Notes: generated from the sequence alone by a model not told the origin. DNA of 64,000 bases from Nitrosovibrio sp. Nv4 (GCA_943327105.2 CALPVV020000001.1:3276-67275), one strand, 5' to 3'; shown: positions 1 through 9,918, numbered from the stretch's first letter. Numbers and translations: made by a program.

Positions 1-369
1 GACGAGCTTGCTAGGACATTTTCCAGCTCACTTCAGTTGCTAATGGTTGAACCGGCTGATCTAAATGAAAGTGGTAGGGCATCATTGGTAACGTTGGTTT
101 CAGCGAACGGTAAGCGCGTTAAGATTCGAGGTTCAGAGTTTAGAAGAACTTTGAGACTAAGAAGCACCTTGTTCGAGTTGAATACAATTATGGAAAACGG
201 CGTCAAGATGCTGCAGATCAAGGGCAAAGGGTTCGGACACGGGGTAGGAATGGCTCAAATAGGCGCAAAGGAATATGCTTCCCAGATGCGTTGGACTTTT
301 GATCAAATCGTGAAATTCTATTATACTGGCATCACGCTTGAACCAATCATCGATGAATATTCAGAATAA
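1..369 (+). CDS. SpoIID/LytB-domain protein, C-terminal fragment (5' end outside window)
   Basis: Frame 1 is open from base 1. The translation contains GKGFGHGVGMAQIGAKEYA, which is typical of the SpoIID/LytB amidase-enhancer domain. Confidence 0.7.
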   Translation, partial: DELARTFSSSLQLLMVEPADLNESGRASLVTLVSANGKRVKIRGSEFRRTLRLRSTLFELNTIMENGVKMLQIKGKGFGHGVGMAQIGAKEYASQMRWTFDQIVKFYYTGITLEPIIDEYSE

Positions 370-1210
370 TAGTGTACCCAATATTGCTGTAGTGATTACC
401 ACCTACAACAACCCGAAGAGCCTTGAGCTCTGTTTGTTGTCTTTTACGAACCAAACATTTAAGAATTTCGATATCTTTATTGCCGACGATGGCTCGGGAG
501 ATGAAACACGAGACTTGATCTTAAGGCTTAAGCGCGAAACAGATCTTACCATTTATCATATCTGGCACCCAGATCAGGGTTACCGCAAATCAAAGATCAA
601 TAATAATGTCTTTCGACAAATTGATCCGTCAAAACATCCGATCATTATCTGTGTCGATCATGATGTGGTTCTTCACTATCGTTTTGTGGAAGACCATTTC
701 AGGGCCCACCAACGAGAAAAATTCCAACCTTTGATGTTCATGGGAAGACGGGTTGACTTAAGCGAAGCTTTTACAAAAACAGTCAATGCCGAAAATGTAC
801 TTCAATTCAATAAAGGCCTTACTTTTGATTTACTTAAATCGGGGTTAAGTGGTGACACAAAAAATGTGATGCGTTCGGTTCGACTTGATCCACCTGACTG
901 GGTATTGAAGTTGATGAAGCGTGATCGGGTTCTTGATCTTCTGGGTTCTAACTTTTCAATTTCAGCCAGTGTTCTTCACGACGTGAACGGTTATAATGAA
1001 GACTTTAATTCTTATTGGGGTGAAGACGGTGACTTGTTCGTCAGGGTTAGAAATTCGGGCGTGAAGTTTTACGGTAAGATTGGTTATGCAGTTCAATGGC
1101 ACCTTTATCATAAGCGCCTAGAAGAAACGCCCGAACATATTGAAATGTATCGGGCGCTTCTTGGTAATAATGAATATAAGCGTTGTAAGAACGGTATTAC
1201 GAAAGCATGA
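338..1210 (+). CDS. Family 2 glycosyltransferase
   Basis: N-terminal VVITTYNNPKSLELCLLSFTNQT...IADDGSGDET is a classic GT-A/GT2 signature. An alternative start at 353 is possible. The 5' end overlaps the stop of the upstream gene. Confidence 0.8.
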   Translation: MNQSSMNIQNNSVPNIAVVITTYNNPKSLELCLLSFTNQTFKNFDIFIADDGSGDETRDLILRLKRETDLTIYHIWHPDQGYRKSKINNNVFRQIDPSKHPIIICVDHDVVLHYRFVEDHFRAHQREKFQPLMFMGRRVDLSEAFTKTVNAENVLQFNKGLTFDLLKSGLSGDTKNVMRSVRLDPPDWVLKLMKRDRVLDLLGSNFSISASVLHDVNGYNEDFNSYWGEDGDLFVRVRNSGVKFYGKIGYAVQWHLYHKRLEETPEHIEMYRALLGNNEYKRCKNGITKA

Positions 1211-3422
1211 GCATTTCGCGATACTTCGGCAATGGCCAGAAATCATCGGCGACATGATTCTCAAGCGCATCACATTCCTTACGGAGAGCTTCCATCTGAG
1301 GTTTTAATTCAGCAGCGATTTTTGAAGCCCTTTCTTCTTCATTTTCGAGTGCAAAAATTGAAGCGGTGATCCGTTCCAATTTCTTGAGTTCAGTTTGAGC
1401 TGAAGCAAGTACTTGGTTGAGTTTAGTCAAAGGCTCGGCCTGAGGTGCTGAAATTCCAGCCGCTTTCAATGCAGCAACACCCTGAGCAAGAATGCTTGAG
1501 TATTGATATGCTGCCGGAAGAATCTGGGTCTCAGCCATGGTTTGAAGACATTCCGCTTCGATCAGTAGTTTCTTGTTATAGATTTCAATTCTAACATGAA
1601 AACGAGACTTAACTTCTTCTTCTGAGAAAACACCCAGACTGGTGAGAAGTTTGATCGATTTAGCACTCTCAATTTCGTGCAAGGCTTCCGGTGTGGTTTT
1701 CAAATGAGGGAGTCCGCGTTTTTCAGCTTCTTTAACCCAATCATCTGAATAGCCGTTTCCTTCGAAACGGATGTTCTTGGTTTCCTTGATTGCATCTTTA
1801 ACCACCGCAAAAATCGCTTCTTCAGTTGATTTTGCAGTCTTCATTTTTGCTTCAAGTTGAGTGGTGATTTCATCAAGTGCATCAGCTACGGCGCAGTTGA
1901 TGATCGTCACTGGAAACGCACATGAAGAAGAAGAACCGACGGCTCTGAATTCAAACTTGTTTCCGGTGAATGCGAAAGGTGAAGTGCGGTTGCGGTCAGT
2001 ATTGTCTTTCATTACTGTCGGCAACTTGCTTACACCGAGTTTGATTACGACTTCTTTATAGTCGAGACTCTGGTGGGTGTCTTTTTCAATTTCATTCAAC
2101 ATGTTATCGAGCATGTTACCCATGAAAGCTGAAATAATCGCCGGAGGAGCTTCGTTTGCACCAAGACGGTGATCATTTCCAGGTGAAGCGATCGCTGCAC
2201 GAAGTAGTCCAGCATGTTTGTGAAGCCCTTTGAGGGTCGCCATGAGGAACAAAAGAAAGCGAAGGTTCTGGTGCGGTGTTTTTCCTGGATCAAGAAGGTT
2301 GATGCCTTCGAGTTCGAGTGGACCAGTGCCAATGCCGATAGACCAGTTATTGTGTTTTCCGCTTCCGTTAACACCTGCAAATGGTTTTTCGTGAAGAAGC
2401 ACTTCGAAATCATGTTTCTTTGCAATTCTGCGGAGAACTTCCATTGTCACATGGTTGTGATCGACGGCAACGTTGGAGTCTTCAAAAATCGGTGCCACTT
2501 CAAATTGCATTGGAGCAACTTCATTGTGACGAGTTTTAGAAGGGATTCCCAATTTGAAAAGTTCATATTCAACTTCAGTCATGAAGGTGAGTACGCGGCT
2601 TGGAATGCTTCCGAAGTAGTGATCTTCCAATTGTTGACCCTTTGGAGGACGGGCTCCAACCAGGGTTCTTCCTGACATGATGAGGTCTGGACGAAGAGCA
2701 TAGAATGCTCGGTCGATGAGGAAATATTCTTGTTCAGGGCCTAGGTTGGTAACAATGGAAGTTACACCTTTATCACCGATCAGATTGAGGAGTTTGATCG
2801 CTCTGTTAGTGATGGCTTCATTACTACGAAGCAGACCTGTTTTTTCATCCAATGCATCACCATGGTACGAGATGAATACGGAAGGAATGCAAAGGGTGCG
2901 TGTAGAGCCTGCATCAGCGATGAAGATCGGAGAGGTTGGGTCCCAAGCTGCATAACCGCGAGCTTCAAATGTGGTTCTCATTCCGCCGGATGGAAAGCTG
3001 GATGCATCCGGTTCAGATTGAATGAGCTGAGAGCCTGAAAAGCGTTCCATTGGTGAGCCTGAGCTATCGATGCTGAGAAACGCATCATGCTTTTCAGCTG
3101 TAGTACCGGTTTGTGGTTGGAACCAGTGAGTGTAATGGGTTACGCCGTTTTCAATTGCCCATTCTTTCACCGCATGGGCTACCACGTTCGCCACTTCAAT
3201 TTCGAGTTTCTTCCCTGACTGTATGGTTTGAACAAGGCGCTTATAGATATCGTTTGGAAGTTTTTGCTTCATCTGTTTCAGGCTGAAGGTATTGATTCCG
3301 TAAAAGTCTGAAATTTTGAGAGTATTTCCCTTTTCGTCTTTTGGCGCTTCCACGATTTTTGATTTGCGTGAAATGACGGTTTGGATTGCGTTGAATCTAG
3401 GCTGTGAATTCTGATTGGACAT
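1197..3422 (-). CDS. glnN: Type III glutamine synthetase
   Basis: 741 aa. THYTHWFQPQTG..AEKHDAF, ERFSGSQLIQSEPDASSFPSGGMRTTFEARGYAAWDP and NEAPPAIIS match the GSIII (GlnN) family in motifs and length. Confidence 0.93.
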   Translation of the reverse strand: MSNQNSQPRFNAIQTVISRKSKIVEAPKDEKGNTLKISDFYGINTFSLKQMKQKLPNDIYKRLVQTIQSGKKLEIEVANVVAHAVKEWAIENGVTHYTHWFQPQTGTTAEKHDAFLSIDSSGSPMERFSGSQLIQSEPDASSFPSGGMRTTFEARGYAAWDPTSPIFIADAGSTRTLCIPSVFISYHGDALDEKTGLLRSNEAITNRAIKLLNLIGDKGVTSIVTNLGPEQEYFLIDRAFYALRPDLIMSGRTLVGARPPKGQQLEDHYFGSIPSRVLTFMTEVEYELFKLGIPSKTRHNEVAPMQFEVAPIFEDSNVAVDHNHVTMEVLRRIAKKHDFEVLLHEKPFAGVNGSGKHNNWSIGIGTGPLELEGINLLDPGKTPHQNLRFLLFLMATLKGLHKHAGLLRAAIASPGNDHRLGANEAPPAIISAFMGNMLDNMLNEIEKDTHQSLDYKEVVIKLGVSKLPTVMKDNTDRNRTSPFAFTGNKFEFRAVGSSSSCAFPVTIINCAVADALDEITTQLEAKMKTAKSTEEAIFAVVKDAIKETKNIRFEGNGYSDDWVKEAEKRGLPHLKTTPEALHEIESAKSIKLLTSLGVFSEEEVKSRFHVRIEIYNKKLLIEAECLQTMAETQILPAAYQYSSILAQGVAALKAAGISAPQAEPLTKLNQVLASAQTELKKLERITASIFALENEEERASKIAAELKPQMEALRKECDALENHVADDFWPLPKYREMLMLS

Positions 3423-3547
3423 GTTCGGTCTTCTCCTCTGGGTATATCAATAGTTTTTCATTTCCTGGGTGTATTGACAATGGAGCTATTAAATAAAATC
3501 TGTTTAACTAATTTTACGCAATTAGTCAACACCCAAAAGGAGACTGT

Positions 3548-4741
3548 TTAAAACAGTTGGTAAATTCTGAATTCAGAGTCAAGATTCCCATTATGAAGCT
3601 TAAGCTTCTTGGATGGCTTCAGTGCAATCGCATGAAAAAGGGGTAATTCTGAGGTAATAATCCCACACTGCCACCCTTTATAATGGTGCTTTAGGGTACT
3701 TCCCATGTCCTGATAGGTCCTTTTGAGGGCTTCAACCTCGCTCAAACGAACACCGTATGGAGGGTTGCTGACGATCAAACCATTGTCGGTTTCGGGGCGG
3801 CTAGCCTCAAATGAAGTATGTTCAAGCTTCACAACGCCTTCTAGACCACAGTTTTTAAGGTTAGACAAAGTTGCCTGAAGAGCTTCTGGGTTGATGTCGG
3901 CGCCTTTCATCAATGGAAGTTTTGCAGTGTTTTTTTCAATCTTTGCCATCAAAGACTCCCGGACACGCTCAAATAGCGCCGGTTGGTGATCACGCCAGGA
4001 ATAAAACCCAAAAATACTGCGGTGAATAGCGGGTGGAGTATTGGTTGCAATCATGGCGGCTTCAATCAGTAACGTGCCTGAGCCACAAAATGGGTCCAAG
4101 AATGGAGTTTTCTTTTTAGCAAGCTCGTCCCATCCGGCAAGAAGTAATAATCCTGCAGCAAGATTCTCTTTGATTGGTGCCTCAAGAGTTTTGGTTCGAT
4201 AACCCCGTTCATGCAAACTTCTACCAGACAAATCGAGATATATTTTCAGAATATGGTTATGAAGATGGAGGCGAATTGAAATATCAGGAGTTTGTCGATC
4301 GACATCGGGACGTTCACCGAAACGGTCATTATAGTAATCGGCAATTGCGTCTTTGGCTTTCAAAGCCCAGTACTGAACATTGATGTTATTCTTGCGGGCA
4401 TTGTTGTTTGTTTCTGTGAAATAGACTGCAAAAGTACAATTAGCTGAGAAGATTCTGTGCCATTCAACGCTTTTCACAGCATCGTAGAGTTCTTCTGGTT
4501 GAAATACTTTTTTAAAATCTTGAATCAATAAAAGGATTCGAGAAGCAGTTCGCAATGATAGGCATGCCCGGTAAGCGATTTCAAGATTACCTTCAAATTC
4601 AACACCGCCCGGATAAACTTCCAAAATCTTAGCCCCAATTTGATCAACTTCCTTTTTTAAGACTTCATCAAGTCCACCAGGACAAATGGCAAAGAGACGA
4701 TATAAGGTTTCAGATTTTTTTCGAATAATGGTCTTGCTCAT
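3548..4741 (-). CDS. THUMP-domain class I SAM-dependent RNA methyltransferase (RlmL/YpsC-like)
   Basis: 397 aa with DPFCGSGTLLIEAA (SAM motif I) and a SNPPYGVRL catalytic motif after an N-terminal THUMP-like region. Confidence 0.85.
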   Translation of the reverse strand: MSKTIIRKKSETLYRLFAICPGGLDEVLKKEVDQIGAKILEVYPGGVEFEGNLEIAYRACLSLRTASRILLLIQDFKKVFQPEELYDAVKSVEWHRIFSANCTFAVYFTETNNNARKNNINVQYWALKAKDAIADYYNDRFGERPDVDRQTPDISIRLHLHNHILKIYLDLSGRSLHERGYRTKTLEAPIKENLAAGLLLLAGWDELAKKKTPFLDPFCGSGTLLIEAAMIATNTPPAIHRSIFGFYSWRDHQPALFERVRESLMAKIEKNTAKLPLMKGADINPEALQATLSNLKNCGLEGVVKLEHTSFEASRPETDNGLIVSNPPYGVRLSEVEALKRTYQDMGSTLKHHYKGWQCGIITSELPLFHAIALKPSKKLKLHNGNLDSEFRIYQLF

Positions 4742-4899
4742 TTTTTAATTTTCACTGGAATAGGTGTTGGCGTTGATATTGGTGCTTGTGTATCACTGAG
4801 CACATTCTTCGGTAAAGAGTAATAAGGTGTTGGAGCAGTCTTAACACCGCATGAAGCTGAAAAAATGAGTAATCCACAAAGCATTACGATTTTTACCAT
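4738..4899 (-). CDS. Small putative lipoprotein
   Basis: MVKIVMLCGLLIFSASC is signal peptide plus lipobox-like. Its stop overlaps the start of the downstream methyltransferase by 4 nt, and its start overlaps the stop of the upstream gene. Confidence 0.45.
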   Translation of the reverse strand: MVKIVMLCGLLIFSASCGVKTAPTPYYSLPKNVLSDTQAPISTPTPIPVKIKK

Positions 4900-6044
4900 T
4901 TGATGCTCAAACCTCCGGTGATTCGATCCCAACCGATATCAGCCCTGAAATACCATTGTGGGCCCAATGAAAAAAATGCACCTACGCCAAAATTTGGTTG
5001 AAGTCCCTGAAGGGTTTCTAGGCTATCACCTGGATTATCGGCAGAAGTCATATAATTGAACTGAATGCCTGCATAAGCGTTCATGGTAAACGTGCGAGAG
5101 AGATGCAATTGATAAAAAAGGTTTCCGTAAAATGGCAGAAGTGAATATCGATCATTCTTTCGGTCTTTGTTCAAAATCGAGTAATTGATGATACCACCCT
5201 CAAGAGAAAGTGAGTCTTGAACCGCTTTCTCACTGATAAATGCATCTGTGATCAACACTTTTGCAAATGAGATTGAAAATCCGTTACTGAGATAAGGCGA
5301 TGTGCTGAAGTTTGATGAATTGCCAAAAAAACCGGTGGTCACTGAGAACAGATTATTAAACGGATCAATCCGGGTCTGTTCGTCGTATTCAATTTCTTCA
5401 GGTTCCTCAAGATCGTCTTTTGGTGTTTCTTTGTCGATTTGATCGAGTTCTTTAATCGAAGCGGATTCGTCCAGTTCGGGGTCAGTTTTTTCAGGTTCTT
5501 TGAAATCGGCAGCTTGGGTAGGGTTTTCCTCTACTGTATTGTTTTCTGGAGGTTCAAGTGCGCTGGTTTCGGTTGCTGCTACTTTATTCGGGGACTCCGC
5601 TTGGGGTGGTGGCAATGCTGAATTATCAAGATCTTCATTGATGTTTGCGACGGGTGGTTTTTGTAAAGCAGGCGGTGGGGTAATGAGTTCACCTATTTTT
5701 TCAATCGATGAGTAGTTTTTCTTCAACTCAAGATCACCGGTGCCATCGTATCTCCGAACCCGCTTACCGACGAATTGCTTTTTTTCGTCATCGTTCTTCA
5801 ATACGCGAAAGGCCATTGCCGGTTTGCTATCATCATAAACCAGAATCAAATTGCCTGTTTTTGGAACGACAGTTGGAGAGTCGAAAAGATAGATTTTTCC
5901 ACTGCTGCTTTTTTGTGCCGGCTTGATTTCAAAACGACGTGCTTCAATTTCAGAAACAGGTATTTCCGATGCAGGTGAGTTCTCGGAAATCACCAAAAAG
6001 GTAAGAAGAAATGAAATCACAGTTCGTAACTGAATCGTTTTCAC
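4893..6044 (-). CDS. Hypothetical outer-membrane protein (N-terminal domain, acidic/Pro-rich linker, C-terminal beta-barrel-like region)
   Basis: Signal peptide, a low-complexity PPP/E/D-rich middle, alternating-hydrophobicity C-terminal strands, and a terminal aromatic residue (..GGLSIKW). Confidence 0.6.
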   Translation of the reverse strand: MKTIQLRTVISFLLTFLVISENSPASEIPVSEIEARRFEIKPAQKSSSGKIYLFDSPTVVPKTGNLILVYDDSKPAMAFRVLKNDDEKKQFVGKRVRRYDGTGDLELKKNYSSIEKIGELITPPPALQKPPVANINEDLDNSALPPPQAESPNKVAATETSALEPPENNTVEENPTQAADFKEPEKTDPELDESASIKELDQIDKETPKDDLEEPEEIEYDEQTRIDPFNNLFSVTTGFFGNSSNFSTSPYLSNGFSISFAKVLITDAFISEKAVQDSLSLEGGIINYSILNKDRKNDRYSLLPFYGNLFYQLHLSRTFTMNAYAGIQFNYMTSADNPGDSLETLQGLQPNFGVGAFFSLGPQWYFRADIGWDRITGGLSIKW

Positions 6045-6063
6045 GCTAGAATCAGTATAACGT

Positions 6064-6987
6064 ATGCGTAGAATAGCTGCACTTTTTTTAATGATGTTGA
6101 TCGTCGGTCAAAAACCTGTGTTTTCTGAAGAGTCAGTTCAAGACTGGTCAAAGAAGGTGATTGAGTTACAGGATAAAGAGGGTCAAAATTTTGAACAAGA
6201 CCTTACACTCGTCAAAGGTTTGTTGATTCTTCAGCGAAGAACAGAAGCTCTTACTTTGATCAATAAAACACTCAAAACATTTAATCGTAAAGATTCAAGG
6301 CTTACTGAACTTTTTGAAACGGCATTAGATCAGTTTTTCTTTCAAGACACCGCTGAGTTGCATGCTGAAGCAATTCAATACATCCGTGCTGAAAATTGGA
6401 ACGAGGCAAAAGACAAATTAGATACGGCCCTTCAAAAAGAGCCGGGTCATCGAATGACCACCATGCGTTCAATTCAAGTTGCTCTTGCCCTAGGAAATAA
6501 TTCAAAAGCAGCCGATTTGATTAAAACTGCCGATCAGTTCTTTCCCGAATCAGTCCCACTGAAGGTATATAAGGCTTGGTTTTATATTCAGTCAAAAAAT
6601 GCAAAAGAAGCAATTCGCATTATTTCTGCACTATGGATATCTGATCGAAAGTTGTTTGAAAAAAATGAGGCTGTAATGCTGGCATTTTTAAAAGCCATGG
6701 ACCTCAATAAATATCAACTGGATTGGGTCAATGTCAGCAAGATCATTCAAAAAAAACCGGAATGGGCTTGTGCCAGATTATTAAAGGCAAAGAATAAATT
6801 GATGACAACGGTTGAATACAAAAAAGAATTATTGGCGATCAAAGCCGTAATAGAAGCCTCTGCCAACTCAAAACTCAGATCAAAAGAGATCAAAGAGAAG
6901 TCAGATCAGTATCTTGGATTAATTCCACTCGATTCTTGTAAAAAAGAGCTTGAAGAAAGTATCGCAAAAATCAATGAAACAAAGTGA
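6064..6987 (+). CDS. Secreted TPR-like repeat protein (hypothetical)
   Basis: Signal peptide MRRIAALFLMMLIVGQKPVFS. Helical repeat segments such as AENWNEAKDKLDTALQKEPGH look TPR-like. Confidence 0.5.
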   Translation: MRRIAALFLMMLIVGQKPVFSEESVQDWSKKVIELQDKEGQNFEQDLTLVKGLLILQRRTEALTLINKTLKTFNRKDSRLTELFETALDQFFFQDTAELHAEAIQYIRAENWNEAKDKLDTALQKEPGHRMTTMRSIQVALALGNNSKAADLIKTADQFFPESVPLKVYKAWFYIQSKNAKEAIRIISALWISDRKLFEKNEAVMLAFLKAMDLNKYQLDWVNVSKIIQKKPEWACARLLKAKNKLMTTVEYKKELLAIKAVIEASANSKLRSKEIKEKSDQYLGLIPLDSCKKELEESIAKINETK

Positions 6988-7360
6988 TGCTTTGATTCGC
7001 CTTCAAAAGCTGGCTTGCTTCACGTTCATTGGTCTCTTGGCAATTTAAACAGAGAGTGGCGTCAGGACGAACACGAAGACGTTTTAATGGAATTTCCTCT
7101 TCGCAATCTTCGCAAATGCCGAACGTTCCAGATTCCATTCTATTGAGTGCATTATCAATTCGAATGAGTTCAAGCTTCCAATGCTGGTTCATGCGTTCTT
7201 TGGTGAACCATGCTTCTTCAGCATCAGAACGATCAACGACATCTTTCAATTCAGATTCATTTTCGATATCAGACTTTCTGGTTTGTGATTGAATCAGGCG
7301 TAGTGAATCACGTTTTTCTACCAGTTCTTTTTTAAGCGAGTCGATCGTTTTTAAGTTCAT
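6971..7360 (-). CDS. DksA/TraR-family C4 zinc-finger regulator
   Basis: C-terminal CEDCEEEIPLKRLRVRPDATLCLNCQ four-Cys finger, preceded by a coiled-coil region with DVVDRSDAEE. I chose the start at MNLKTID, because the longer ORF (to 7606) would run antisense into the kinase gene. Confidence 0.75.
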   Translation of the reverse strand: MNLKTIDSLKKELVEKRDSLRLIQSQTRKSDIENESELKDVVDRSDAEEAWFTKERMNQHWKLELIRIDNALNRMESGTFGICEDCEEEIPLKRLRVRPDATLCLNCQETNEREASQLLKANQSITLFH

Positions 7361-7498
7361 CAGGTTGTCGTTTGTAAGAGCAATTGAAAGATAAGTCAAT
7401 ATTCGCGCACTGCGAGAATTCGATGTTTTTTCGAGAAAGTGAAATGGTTTGTGTAATTCGTCTAGACAGTGAGCGTAACTCGAAGTTATGTACGGTGC

Positions 7499-8146
7499 AT
7501 GGTTAAGGGGAGTCAGAAGATTTTTGTAGCAGTAGCCGGAAACATTGGAACCGGAAAAACCACGTTGAGCAATATGCTGGCGAATCATTTTCGTTGGGAT
7601 GCTCACTTTGAATCAGTTTCGGATAATCCTTACCTCAGTGATTTTTATGTAGACATGAAGCGCTGGAGTTTTCCGCTTCAAATTTATTTCATGACTCACC
7701 GAGTGAAGTCTCATCAGAATATTACTGAAGGAACTTCAAGTGCGATTCAAGACCGCACGATCTACGAAGATGCAAATATTTTTGCTCGAAACCTCTTCGA
7801 ACAAAACCTGATGGAAGAGCGGGATTATCATAATTATCTGGAAGTTTATAAAGTGGTGACCAGCACCCTTCAGGCGCCTGATTTGATGATTTACCTTCGT
7901 AAGTCGCTTCCTAAGCTGAAAGAGCAGATTAAGAAGCGTGGCCGTGATTACGAACAAGACATGCCGGAAGACTATCTATCGAATTTAAATCGTTATTATG
8001 ACGAGTGGATTGATCGTTATGATCTGGGTAATAAGCTTGTTATCGAAAGTGATCATCTTGATTTTGTAGCTAATACCCAAGATTTTGACGCTATTTGTCA
8101 AAAAGTGGTTGAGTCTCTTGATCAACAAGATTTATTTCTTCGCTAA
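7499..8146 (+). CDS. Deoxynucleoside kinase (dGK/dAK/dCK family)
   Basis: P-loop VAGNIGTGKTTL, then NPYL..FY, a DR(T/S)IYED motif and an Arg-rich lid (RKSLPKLKEQIKKRGRDYE). Confidence 0.85.
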   Translation: MVKGSQKIFVAVAGNIGTGKTTLSNMLANHFRWDAHFESVSDNPYLSDFYVDMKRWSFPLQIYFMTHRVKSHQNITEGTSSAIQDRTIYEDANIFARNLFEQNLMEERDYHNYLEVYKVVTSTLQAPDLMIYLRKSLPKLKEQIKKRGRDYEQDMPEDYLSNLNRYYDEWIDRYDLGNKLVIESDHLDFVANTQDFDAICQKVVESLDQQDLFLR

Positions 8147-8190
8147 AGATCTTTGACGGTTTGGCCGATCCATCAAGTGGAGACCAAACT

Positions 8191-9234
8191 ATGAAATTAG
8201 CAAATCAGATTTTCATGCTGGGATTGTTTTTGTTGAGCACTATTTCGCTCACTGCTTGTTCACATAAGGCAGTAGGTAATGGAGATGCTCCGGAAGCAAC
8301 AAGTGAGTTGAGCTCGGATGTTCCGGCAGAAGCTTCAACTGATGCAGTTCCGGCTGCCGTACCAGATCAACTTGCCGCTGAAACCCCGGTCGAAAATGCA
8401 GCACCAATTTCAGATGCTCCAGCTTCAAGCGCACCGGTTGCAGATGCAGCGCCAGTCTCAGATTCTGTCGCTTCGAATGCTCCAGTGTCAGACGCACCGG
8501 TTGCAGATGCACCAGTAGCAGATGCACCAATTAGTGATATGCCGATTGCAGAGGCACCGATTTCTGATATGCCAGTAACTGATACTGCGTTGACCGATCA
8601 TGTGGTGGCTGATAATTCTGCGACAGCAGCGCCGGCTCCAGACGCACCAGCGGTGATTAGCACTACTCCGGCTAAAAAAGGCAAAAAATTTAAAAAAGGA
8701 AAGAAAGCTTCAGGCAAAGTTGCATCAAAAGCTTCAGCTGTTCCAGCAGGTGACCCAACTTCTTACGAAGTAAAAAAAGGCGATACTCTGATGAAAATTG
8801 CCTTTGAACAATATGGTGATGTTTATCGCTGGAAAGAAATTTACAACGCTAACCGTGATGCCATCAAAAACCCTAGTGATGTTCCTCCCGGTACCAAGCT
8901 CACTTTGAATGGTGCGGGCATGGTTGCGATCGAACGCAATGGTGAAAGTTATTTAATTAAAAGAGGCGATACTCTTGGTGTGATCTCCAATGATGTCTAC
9001 GGTACTACTCGCAAATGGAAAAAACTTTGGGAAAACAATCGCCAGTTGATCAAAGATCCGAACAGAATTTACGCTGGCTTCTATCTTTACTATGTTCCAG
9101 AAGGAAAGTTGACACGTGAAGAAGTGGCACCAGGACTGAAGAAGGACGATTCCGCAATGAATGCTCCAAAAGTAGGCGATGCGTCAAGAGTCCCGGCTTC
9201 AACACCAGTTGAAACTACTCCAGCAAAAAACTGA
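8191..9234 (+). CDS. LysM-domain lipoprotein with Ala/Pro/Asp pentapeptide repeat linker
   Basis: Lipobox LTAC. About 15 imperfect AP(V/I)(S/A)D repeats. Two C-terminal LysM domains (YEVKKGDTLMKIA...; YLIKRGDTLGVIS...). Confidence 0.8.
   Translation: MKLANQIFMLGLFLLSTISLTACSHKAVGNGDAPEATSELSSDVPAEASTDAVPAAVPDQLAAETPVENAAPISDAPASSAPVADAAPVSDSVASNAPVSDAPVADAPVADAPISDMPIAEAPISDMPVTDTALTDHVVADNSATAAPAPDAPAVISTTPAKKGKKFKKGKKASGKVASKASAVPAGDPTSYEVKKGDTLMKIAFEQYGDVYRWKEIYNANRDAIKNPSDVPPGTKLTLNGAGMVAIERNGESYLIKRGDTLGVISNDVYGTTRKWKKLWENNRQLIKDPNRIYAGFYLYYVPEGKLTREEVAPGLKKDDSAMNAPKVGDASRVPASTPVETTPAKN
8390..8590 (+). repeat. Imperfect 15-nt tandem repeats encoding (A-P-V/I-S/A-D)n
   Basis: Repeated gcaccNgtNgcagat-type units are visible in the sequence. 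Translation is APVSDAPVADAPVADAPISDMPIAEAPISDMPVTD. Confidence 0.8.
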
Positions 9235-9325
9235 TTTCGTTGACCCTTTCACTCAAAAGGGCAAAATTTTACCCCTGATTTTTTGGGCGATCCTTGGTAG
9301 TCTCTAAAGCTACAAAGGACAATTT

Positions 9326-9856
9326 ATGAACCAACTCAAAAATCGTAATTTCAATCCAGATTCAGTCGAAGGTGAATACAACCTACTTGAGATGTGGGCC
9401 GAAATCCGCGCCGCTCGTTGGAAAGCGGGTGCGCTCGCTGGAATTTTCGCCGGAGTGGTGACTTTGGTGGTCGGTGCGATCTTTTGTGCGATGAAAGGCA
9501 TGGACCCTACCATCCCAATGAGAATCATGGGCCTTCCTTATATCGGAAATGTCGCGATGGCATTCGGTGGAACCATTGGCCTTGTGGTTGGTCTACTTGG
9601 TTTTTTCTCTCTGACTATTTTTCTTGGTGTCGCTTACGCGCACTTTACTGGTGTGAACAATAAGAAAGCTCTTTTCGGTATGGGCCTTACTTGGGGCGCA
9701 TACGGATGGATCTTCATTACTTGTCTTTTCATGCCTGCTAACCGTGATTATTTCGCGGCTGAAATTCCTCGCGGCGTGATGTTCTTTGCTTGGCTTGTAT
9801 TCGGCCTTTCATTGATGTCTGTTGCTTGGTTCGATAAAGGCAATACACGCAAATAA
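9326..9856 (+). CDS. Hypothetical integral membrane protein (about 4 TM)
   Basis: 176 aa with four long hydrophobic segments. No recognisable catalytic motif. Confidence 0.6.
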   Translation: MNQLKNRNFNPDSVEGEYNLLEMWAEIRAARWKAGALAGIFAGVVTLVVGAIFCAMKGMDPTIPMRIMGLPYIGNVAMAFGGTIGLVVGLLGFFSLTIFLGVAYAHFTGVNNKKALFGMGLTWGAYGWIFITCLFMPANRDYFAAEIPRGVMFFAWLVFGLSLMSVAWFDKGNTRK

Positions 9857-9880
9857 AGTATTGATCTAAAAAGTTTGAGC

Positions 9881-9918
9881 AAAAAGCCCCCATGAAAAGT
9901 TTCACGGGGGCTTTTTTT
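9881..9918. terminator. Bidirectional rho-independent terminator candidate
   Basis: aaaaagcccccatgaaa..tttcacgggggcttttttt hairpin flanked by an A-run and a T-run, between convergent genes. Confidence 0.6.

Noticed and set aside
2096-2968. Several 60-150-aa ORFs on both strands inside glnN
   Set aside because: All lie within the 741-aa GSIII gene, whose motifs are unambiguous.
6971-7606. Full 211-aa version of the DksA-like ORF
   Set aside because: The first 82 codons have no DksA homology and run antisense over the start of the deoxynucleoside kinase gene. MNLKTID at 7360 gives a normal ~129-aa DksA/TraR protein.
8249-8530. 93-aa (-) and 66-aa (+) ORFs within the LysM gene
   Set aside because: They are alternative-frame readings of the 15-nt tandem repeat, which lacks stops in several frames.
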